Assembly: GCA_965262725.1 (NCBI GenBank)
Contig: OZ253555.1
Location: forward strand, 448,001 to 512,000
Direction of reading: 5' to 3'
Origin: Dehalococcoidia bacterium
GTDB lineage: Bacteria; Chloroflexota; Dehalococcoidia; UBA2979
DNA length: 64,000 bases
In this document: positions 57,986-64,000 of the stretch, piece by piece
How positions within the stretch are numbered: position 1 is the stretch's first letter
Layout: every line of letters starts with the position of its first letter
Program-made: the position numbers and the translations under genes
The notes under the pieces: model-generated
The model's database searches: none
Seen by the model: the letters and a program-made list of their open reading frames with translations, nothing else
Told to the model about the DNA's origin: nothing

Positions 57986-58099
57986 ATACCGGGAACCCTC
58001 CTACCGCCGTCTCGCCGCCGGACCCGTCCATCGGGCGCTGCGCTGCGCCCGCTCCCGCCGACGGGCGATCTCCACCTCGCCCGGCGCCGCAGCCTCGTC

Positions 58100-59173
58100 A
58101 TGCACGGGGGACTGCTCTCGGTGATCGCGGCGCTCGTGCTCGCGACCGGCGCGCTCCCCGAGCCCGCGCCGCCGCCCGGGGCCGAGGCCGGGCCGCCGCC
58201 TGAGCTTCAGCTTCAGCAGCTCACGATCCCCGGGCTCGCGGCGACGGCGCGTGTCTCCGCGGTGCGCGAGCTGGAGGCGCTCCCCATCACCCTCACCGTC
58301 ATCACACCGCCGGTCACGGCCAGCGAGGTGCTGGATGCGTACGATCAGACCGGGGCCGCGCTCGCCGCGCTCGTTGAGGAGCAGCGCGACGCCTTCGCCC
58401 TCGTCGCGGTGCCCGAGGCGCGCGCGCCGCAGGCGCTCCCGAGGTTCTTCGACTACGCGATCCTGGAAGGTGACACCATCGGCGCGATCGCGCAGAAGTT
58501 CGGCGTCCGCTCGGACTTCGTCATCTGGAACAACATCCACATCGTGGACGACGCCGACCTGCTGACTATCGGCGACGTGCTCCGCGTTCCCAGCGTGGAG
58601 GGCATCCTCCACGACGTGCGGTTCGGGCAGACGCTCACGGAGATCGCGGACATCTACGAGGCCAACGTCCAGGACATCATCAACTTCCCGGCCAACGCGA
58701 TCAGCGACCCGAATGTGCTCACGGACGGGGATACGCTCCTGGTCGTGGGCGGCGAGCGTATCCCGCCGCCGTGGCAATCCTCGATCGTGATCTTCACCCG
58801 CGAGGAGTCCGCCACCGGCTTCATCTGGCCCGTCGTCGGCTACATCACCTCCTACTTCGGGCCGACGCACCGGCTCGGGATCGACATCAACGCGCCGTTC
58901 GTGCCCGTCGCCGCGGCGCAAGCGGGTCAGGTCGTCTTCGCCGGCGGCAACGCGTGCTGCTCCTACGGCCTCTACGTCGACATCGTCCACGCGGGCGGAT
59001 ACGAGACGCGCTACGGGCACTTCTCGGCGATCAACGTCTCCATCGGCGAGCGGGTGGAGCAGGGGCAGGTCATCGGAGTGAGCGGCAGCACCGGCCGCTC
59101 GACGGGGCCGCACGTGCACTTCGAGATCCGCCGCAACGGCTACATCCTGAACCCGCTGCGCTTCCTGCCGTAG
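58100..59173 (+). CDS. LysM x2 + M23 peptidoglycan endopeptidase
   Basis: YAILEGDTIGAIAQKFGV and HDVRFGQTLTEIADIYEA LysM repeats; HRLGID, YGH, STGPHVHFE. True start may be ATA at 57986. Confidence 0.93.
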   Translation: MHGGLLSVIAALVLATGALPEPAPPPGAEAGPPPELQLQQLTIPGLAATARVSAVRELEALPITLTVITPPVTASEVLDAYDQTGAALAALVEEQRDAFALVAVPEARAPQALPRFFDYAILEGDTIGAIAQKFGVRSDFVIWNNIHIVDDADLLTIGDVLRVPSVEGILHDVRFGQTLTEIADIYEANVQDIINFPANAISDPNVLTDGDTLLVVGGERIPPPWQSSIVIFTREESATGFIWPVVGYITSYFGPTHRLGIDINAPFVPVAAAQAGQVVFAGGNACCSYGLYVDIVHAGGYETRYGHFSAINVSIGERVEQGQVIGVSGSTGRSTGPHVHFEIRRNGYILNPLRFLP

Positions 59174-59438
59174 CGGCATCGACGGCGGTTGACGACCGTC
59201 AGATTCTCCGCTGGACCGGACTGAGCCGACGGCGAGAACCGGACGGCCACCCGCCGCCGCGCCCGCGCGGGGCCCGGTGGAGGCGACGGGTCGGCACCGC
59301 CCGGCGACAGCGCTCCGGCGCCACTCAGACGTGACGTCCCGGCGGTGGTCGACGTGCTCGCCGCCGGGTGCGTCCCCGCAGCCAGTGGCGTACCGGGTGA
59401 CCTGGCGAGCGCGAGCCGGTTGGGGACGGTGGTACCCG

Positions 59439-60095
59439 CTATCCGCGCGACTCGAGCAGCAGCACGCGCGTCGTGTCGCCGAGGCCGCGGCGCTGGAGCG
59501 TCAGCCGGGAGACCGGCTCCTCCGCCTCGATCCCGAGGGCGGTGAGGTAGGCGGAGAGCTCCGCGCTCGCGCCGGAGCCGTCGCGCACGAAGCAGATCGG
59601 GATCACGACGCGGGGGTCGAGCTCGCGCGTCATGCGCGCGGCGGCGCTTGCGCCGAGCGCCGACTCGCCGCCCACCGGGACTACCAGCACGTCGATGTCG
59701 GCGAGCTGCTCCATCTCCGTGTGAGTGGGCGCGATCCCCGTCCCGCCGAGGTGTGCGAGGCGGAGCTGCTCCGCCTCCAGCACGAAGACGACGTTGCGCC
59801 CCTCCGGCGCCTGCGGATCCCCGCCCCCGCCGCGACGGGCGGGGCCGAGCTGGGTGGCGACGCCGAGGAGCTGCATGCCCTCGATCTCGTACTCGCCGGG
59901 ACGGCTCAGCGCGACGGGCTCCCCGCGCACGCCGGCCGTGTGGGCGTGCGCCGGGTGGTCGTGGCTGATGGTGACGATCGCGGCCGTGGGGCGGCCCATA
60001 TCGACGCCGGCGGAGCGAGCGGCCGGGTCCATCACGACCGCCGCGGTGCGCGTCCGCACGCGGATCGCTGCGTGCCCGAGCCACGTGATGTCCAC
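59439..60095 (-). CDS. MBL-fold metallo-hydrolase (Lactamase_B_3-like)
   Basis: MDITWLGHA, MDP, TISHDHPAH, PGEYEI, VLVVPVGG. Confidence 0.85.
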   Translation of the reverse strand: MDITWLGHAAIRVRTRTAAVVMDPAARSAGVDMGRPTAAIVTISHDHPAHAHTAGVRGEPVALSRPGEYEIEGMQLLGVATQLGPARRGGGGDPQAPEGRNVVFVLEAEQLRLAHLGGTGIAPTHTEMEQLADIDVLVVPVGGESALGASAAARMTRELDPRVVIPICFVRDGSGASAELSAYLTALGIEAEEPVSRLTLQRRGLGDTTRVLLLESRG

Positions 60096-60198
60096 GACTG
60101 CCCCCTCGCGCGGAGCGCGCCCCCGCCGGGCGGCATGCTACGGCGGTGCTCCCCAAGCCGCCACGAGCGCGGGAAAGCTCCTGCTCCTGCGCCTGCGG

Positions 60199-61320
60199 CT
60201 ACGGCTGCGCGGCGGGGGAGGCGAGAGGACCGGGAACGGCCGCGAGCCTCCCGGGCTCACGCACGCCGCTCCACTCGACGACGGTGGCGCCCCAGGTGAA
60301 GCCGCCCCCGAAGGCGACCATGAGCACGCGGTCGCCCGGGGCGAGGCGCCCCTCGGCGACCGCCTCGGCCAGAGCGATTGGGATGCTCGCCGCGGAGGTG
60401 TTCCCGTAGCGCTCGAGGTTCATGTAGACGCGCTCCTCGGAGAGTCCGAGGTTGCGCGCGAAGGCGGAGAGGATGCGCACGTTCGCCTGGTGCGGCATGC
60501 AGAGTGCGATGTCGCTCGCCGCGAGCCCCGCCCCGGCGAGGCAGGTCTGCGCGGCCTCCGTCATCGCCGTGATGGCGTGGCGGAAGACGTTCCGCCCGTC
60601 CATCACGATGCAGCTCGCGACCGCCCGCAGCGGATCGCCCGCTCCGCCGTTGGAGCCGATCCGGAGGGGGCCATGTCCGGCCTCTCCGTCGGCACGCGCG
60701 GAGGCGGGGCCGCGGGCGTACAGCAGGTCTCCGAGCGCCCCATCCGAGCGCAGGACGGGCGAGGCGAGGCCGCCCGGCTCGCCGTCTGGGGCCGGCTCCA
60801 GCACGACGGCGCCGGCGCCGTCCCCGAAGAGGACGCAGGTGCCGCGGTCCGTCCAGTCCACCACGCGGGAGAGCGTCTCCGAGCCCACCACGAGCACGCG
60901 CTCGGCGGAGCCGCTCGTCACGAACTGCGAGCCCACCGAGAGCGCCGTCAGGAAGCCGGTGCACGCGGCGTTGACGTCGAAGCTGCTGGCGCGGCCGGCG
61001 CCGATGGCGTCCTGGATGACGGTGGCGGTCGCGGGGAACATCCCGTCGGGCGTGCAGGTGGCGCCGATCACGAGGTCGATGTCGGCGCCGGTGAGCCCGG
61101 CGGAGGCGAGGGCCTCCTCCGCGGCGCGCGCGCCCATCGTGCCCGAGGTCTCGTGATCGGCGGCGATGCGGCGCTCCCGGATCCCGGAGCGCTCGACGAT
61201 CCAGTCGTTGGAGGTCTCGACCATCTGCTCGAGCTCGTGGTTGGTGAGCACGCGCTCGGGGAGGTAGCGGCCGACGCCGCTGATGCGCGTGCGGAGGAGC
61301 GCTCCGGGAGCGGGCGTCAT
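60199..61320 (-). CDS. fabH: Beta-ketoacyl-ACP synthase III
   Basis: WIVERSGIRERR, AACTGF, LFGDGAGA, HQANVRI, GNTSAASIP, FGGGFTWG. Confidence 0.95.
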   Translation of the reverse strand: MTPAPGALLRTRISGVGRYLPERVLTNHELEQMVETSNDWIVERSGIRERRIAADHETSGTMGARAAEEALASAGLTGADIDLVIGATCTPDGMFPATATVIQDAIGAGRASSFDVNAACTGFLTALSVGSQFVTSGSAERVLVVGSETLSRVVDWTDRGTCVLFGDGAGAVVLEPAPDGEPGGLASPVLRSDGALGDLLYARGPASARADGEAGHGPLRIGSNGGAGDPLRAVASCIVMDGRNVFRHAITAMTEAAQTCLAGAGLAASDIALCMPHQANVRILSAFARNLGLSEERVYMNLERYGNTSAASIPIALAEAVAEGRLAPGDRVLMVAFGGGFTWGATVVEWSGVREPGRLAAVPGPLASPAAQP

Positions 61321-61925
61321 CGGCGTCCTCGTCCCGTCCCCGCGGCGCCGCGCGGGGATCGCCCCGCCTCCGGCTCGCCGCTTCCGCGCGCGAGCTCGAC
61401 CTGGAGCTGGCGCAGCGTGCGGTGGTGCAGCGCCTTCACGGCCCCTTCGCTGCGGCCCATCATACGGCCGATCTCGGCGTTCGACATGCCGTGCACGTAC
61501 TTGAGGGCGACGAGCCGCTGGCGGTCCTGGGCGAGCCGGCCGATAGCCTCGCGCACCTGTCCGACGCTCTCGCTGCGCAGGAGGGTCGCCTCGGGCCCCG
61601 GCGTCTCGCTCGGGATCGAGAGGGCGTCCTCAAGAGAGGCGGCCTGTGGCCTGCGGCCGCGGTCGCGGTACCAGTTCGCCAGCAGGTTGTGGGCGATCGT
61701 CATCAGCCAGGCCCCGAAGCCGGAGCCGCGCCCGCGGTACTGGCCGAGGTTCGCGAAGGCCTGCAGGAAGGTTCGCGAGGTGAGCTCCTCGGCGTCCGTC
61801 GGGCGCGAGGTGCGCGAGAGCAGGTAGCGGTAGACGCGGTCGGCGTAGGCTTCGTAGAGCTCGGCGAAGGCATCGGCGTCGGGGGCGGGCGATGCCCCCT
61901 GCCGCGTGTCCCGGGTCGTCGACAT
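61317..61925 (-). CDS. ECF-family RNA polymerase sigma factor
   Basis: FAELYEAY..VYRY, DAEEL, WLMTIAHN, SNAEIG..GRSEGAVKALHHR. Confidence 0.92.
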   Translation of the reverse strand: MSTTRDTRQGASPAPDADAFAELYEAYADRVYRYLLSRTSRPTDAEELTSRTFLQAFANLGQYRGRGSGFGAWLMTIAHNLLANWYRDRGRRPQAASLEDALSIPSETPGPEATLLRSESVGQVREAIGRLAQDRQRLVALKYVHGMSNAEIGRMMGRSEGAVKALHHRTLRQLQVELARGSGEPEAGRSPRGAAGTGRGRR

Positions 61926-62049
61926 GGCCGCCCCCGCGTTCGTCGCTCGCTGCGCCGCGTGCCGCCGGGGAGGTAGCGCTCGGCCGCCGCAGTATATGTG
62001 GGACGCCGGGGTTGCCCGGCGCGCGCCCCGGCCGGCCGGGCGGCGGATC

Positions 62050-62935
62050 CTACTCGTTGCGGAGCGCGGCTATCGGGTCGACCGCGGTCGCGCGGTAGGC
62101 GGGGTAGCTCCCGCTCGCGAAGCCCACGACCGCCGCGACCAGGAAGGCGGCGGCGATGCTCCACGGCTGGATCAGCGTCGTCATCGCCTGGCCCCCCAGC
62201 TCGCGCCCGTCGAGGAGGAGCGAGGTGCCGATCCCGATCGCGATGCCGACCACGCCTCCGACGAGGCTCGAGGTCAGCGCCTCGATCACGAACTGGGTCA
62301 CGATATCGCCCGTGGTGGCGCCCACCGCGCGGCGGATCCCGATCTCCCGCGTTCGCTCCGTCACGGAGACGAGCATGATGTTCATGACCCCGATCCCGCC
62401 GACGAGCAGCGAGATGCCGGCGACGCTCCCGAGCAGCAGGGAGAGGGTGTTGCTGACCTCGGTCGCGGCGCTGATCAGGTCGTCCTGGCTCTGGATCACA
62501 AAGTCGGGCTCGGCGGTGTCGTGGAGGAAGAGCAGCAGCTCGCCGAGTTGCTCCTTGACCCGCGTCTCGTCGGCTCCGTCCGCCGTCTGGACGTCGATCT
62601 GCGTGACCCGGAGGTCGCCGGTCGGCGTGAAGAGGAAGCGCAGCCGGTTGGCGATGCCGCCCAGGGAGACGAAGACCTGATCGTTCGCCTCGCTCGCTCC
62701 CCCCTGCTCCTTAAGCACGCCGATGACGAGGAAGGCGAGCGTGATCCGCCCGTTCGCGAAGGAGAGCCGGACCTCCTGTCCCAGCGGATCGACGCCGGGG
62801 TAGAGCGTCTCGGCGACGCGCGCCCCCAGCACCGCGACCAGCGAGCTGCTCTCGTCGTGGCGCGGCGTGATGAACGAGCCCGACCGGGTGGCCAGGTCGC
62901 GCACCTCGGCGTAGGGGCCCTCCGGACGCGGCTCG
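62050..62935 (-). pseudogene. MacB/FtsX-type ABC permease, apparently 5'-truncated
   Basis: ISLLVGGIGVMNIMLVSVTERTREIGIRRAVGA and YPAYRA..DPIAALRNE present. N-terminal TM helix and first part of the periplasmic domain absent; the upstream sequence is the hrcA promoter. Confidence 0.7.
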
Positions 62936-62990
62936 GGCGCGGATGCGTTGACCGCTCTCGGCCCCCGGCGGTAGGGTAGTGAGGCGGCAA

Positions 62991-63017
62991 TTGGCACTCT
63001 CGACATGAGAGTGCTAG
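62991..63017 (+). promoter_or_regulatory. CIRCE element (HrcA operator)
   Basis: TTGGCACTC-N9-GAGTGCTAG vs consensus TTAGCACTC-N9-GAGTGCTAA; TTGACC -35 at 62948; upstream of hrcA. Confidence 0.92.
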
Positions 63018-63095
63018 TCCGGGATGCGGTCCGGGATGCGGTCCGGGATGCGGTCCGGGATGCGGTCCGGGATGCGGTCCGGGATGCGGTCCGGG
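63017..63095. repeat. Tandem repeat, 6.6 x 12 bp (GTCCGGGATGCG)
   Basis: Units start at 63017, 63029, 63041, 63053, 63065 and 63077; partial unit at 63089. Confidence 0.95.
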
Positions 63096-63148
63096 GCGGA
63101 CGGCACGCGTACGCCCCGTCGCACCGCTGGATAGCGAGATGGTGGCGG

Positions 63149-64000
63149 GTGCTGACCGAGCGTCGTGAGTCGCTGCTGGGCCTCGTCGTCGACGAATACG
63201 TCGCGACGGCTCTTCCCGTGAGTTCGCGCGCGCTCGTGGCGCGCCACAGCCTCGGCGTCTCGCCGGCCACGGTGCGCAACGAGCTCGCCAAGCTCGAGGA
63301 CGAGGGTTACATCACCCACCCCCACACCTCGGCGGGGCGCATCCCCTCGGATCGCGGTTACCGCTACTACATCGAGGTGCTGATGGCGGAGGAGCCGCTC
63401 GAGGCGGACGAGGTCCGCACGATCGCGCACCAGTTCCACCAGGCGGAGGGGAGCCTCGACGACTGGCTGGTGCTCGCGGCGGCGGTGCTCGCCGCCTCCG
63501 TGGCGAACGCGGTGGTCGTGACGCGCCCGCACAGCCCTCTGCCTCACGTCCGCAACGTGCAGCTGGTGCAGCTCCGGCGCGACGCGGCGCTGATGGTGGT
63601 GGTGCTCGACGACGGCGCCGTGCGCGAGCACGTGCTGCCGCTTCTCGGCACCACCGAGCAGGCCGACCTCCACGCCCTCGCCGAACTGCTCGGCGAGCAC
63701 GTGGGGGGTCGCTCCGCCTCCGCCATCCGGCAGGAGGCCGAGTCGATGGAGGACGAGGGGCTACGGGCGCTCGCGACGGCGGTCGCCGAGCTCGCGGAGG
63801 AGCACCGCACCTGGCAGGAGACCTTCCTGGAGGGGCTCCCCGCGCTCCTCGCGCAGCCCGAGTTCCAGAGCGGGGAGCGGATGCTCGCCGCGGTGCGCCG
63901 GCTCGAGAGCTACGAGGTGGGCCGGCTGCTCGCGGCGGCGGATCCCCCCGCCCCCGGCGATACGCGCGTTGTGATCGGGAGCGAGAACCCGCACAGCGAG
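63149..64000 (+). CDS. hrcA: Heat-inducible transcription repressor HrcA (runs off the window end)
   Basis: MLTERRESLLGLVVDEYVATALPVSS..VSPATVRNELAKLEDEGYITHPHTSAGRIPSDRGYRYY. Confidence 0.95.
   Translation, partial: MLTERRESLLGLVVDEYVATALPVSSRALVARHSLGVSPATVRNELAKLEDEGYITHPHTSAGRIPSDRGYRYYIEVLMAEEPLEADEVRTIAHQFHQAEGSLDDWLVLAAAVLAASVANAVVVTRPHSPLPHVRNVQLVQLRRDAALMVVVLDDGAVREHVLPLLGTTEQADLHALAELLGEHVGGRSASAIRQEAESMEDEGLRALATAVAELAEEHRTWQETFLEGLPALLAQPEFQSGERMLAAVRRLESYEVGRLLAAADPPAPGDTRVVIGSENPHSE

Noticed and set aside
63017-63095. CRISPR array or iterons
   Set aside because: Contiguous 12-bp units, no spacers, no rep gene.

Overview
High-GC bacterial chromosome window. Gene content and order (dnaA-obgE-nadD near gyrB, no dnaN next to dnaA) point to Chloroflexota/Dehalococcoidia; this is an inference. 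Positions 1-11746 are the right-hand end of an integrative conjugative-type element. It carries a minimal Gram-positive-style T4SS operon (degenerate SLT-like ORF, VirB8/TcpC-like protein, pilin, PrgI, TraE-N-like protein, VirB4), followed by a CHC2/Toprim primase, a VirD4 coupling protein, a tandem-domain replication-relaxation (PD-(D/E)xK-type) protein and a wHTH/nuclease-like/HTH protein. It ends with an IS1380 remnant and a displaced tRNA-Gly(CCC) 3' half (att site). The rest is mostly core genome around oriC: murT/gatD, tatA, CoxD/CoxE/XdhC, ychF, gyrB, nadD, obgE, dnaA, coaX, coaBC, pepA, rpsO, pnp, dapB/asd/dapA, purA, pyrG, rho, fabH and hrcA with a CIRCE operator. Other notable items are an IS5 with a 4-bp target duplication splitting an endonuclease III-like gene, a secreted gluzincin-like protein with three 750-bp motif-less repeats, an RGG-rich tail on PNPase, a structured leader and probable ATA start upstream of a LysM/M23 gene, a candidate ncRNA and several tandem repeats. 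All calls come from reading motifs by eye; no database searches or folding programs were run.
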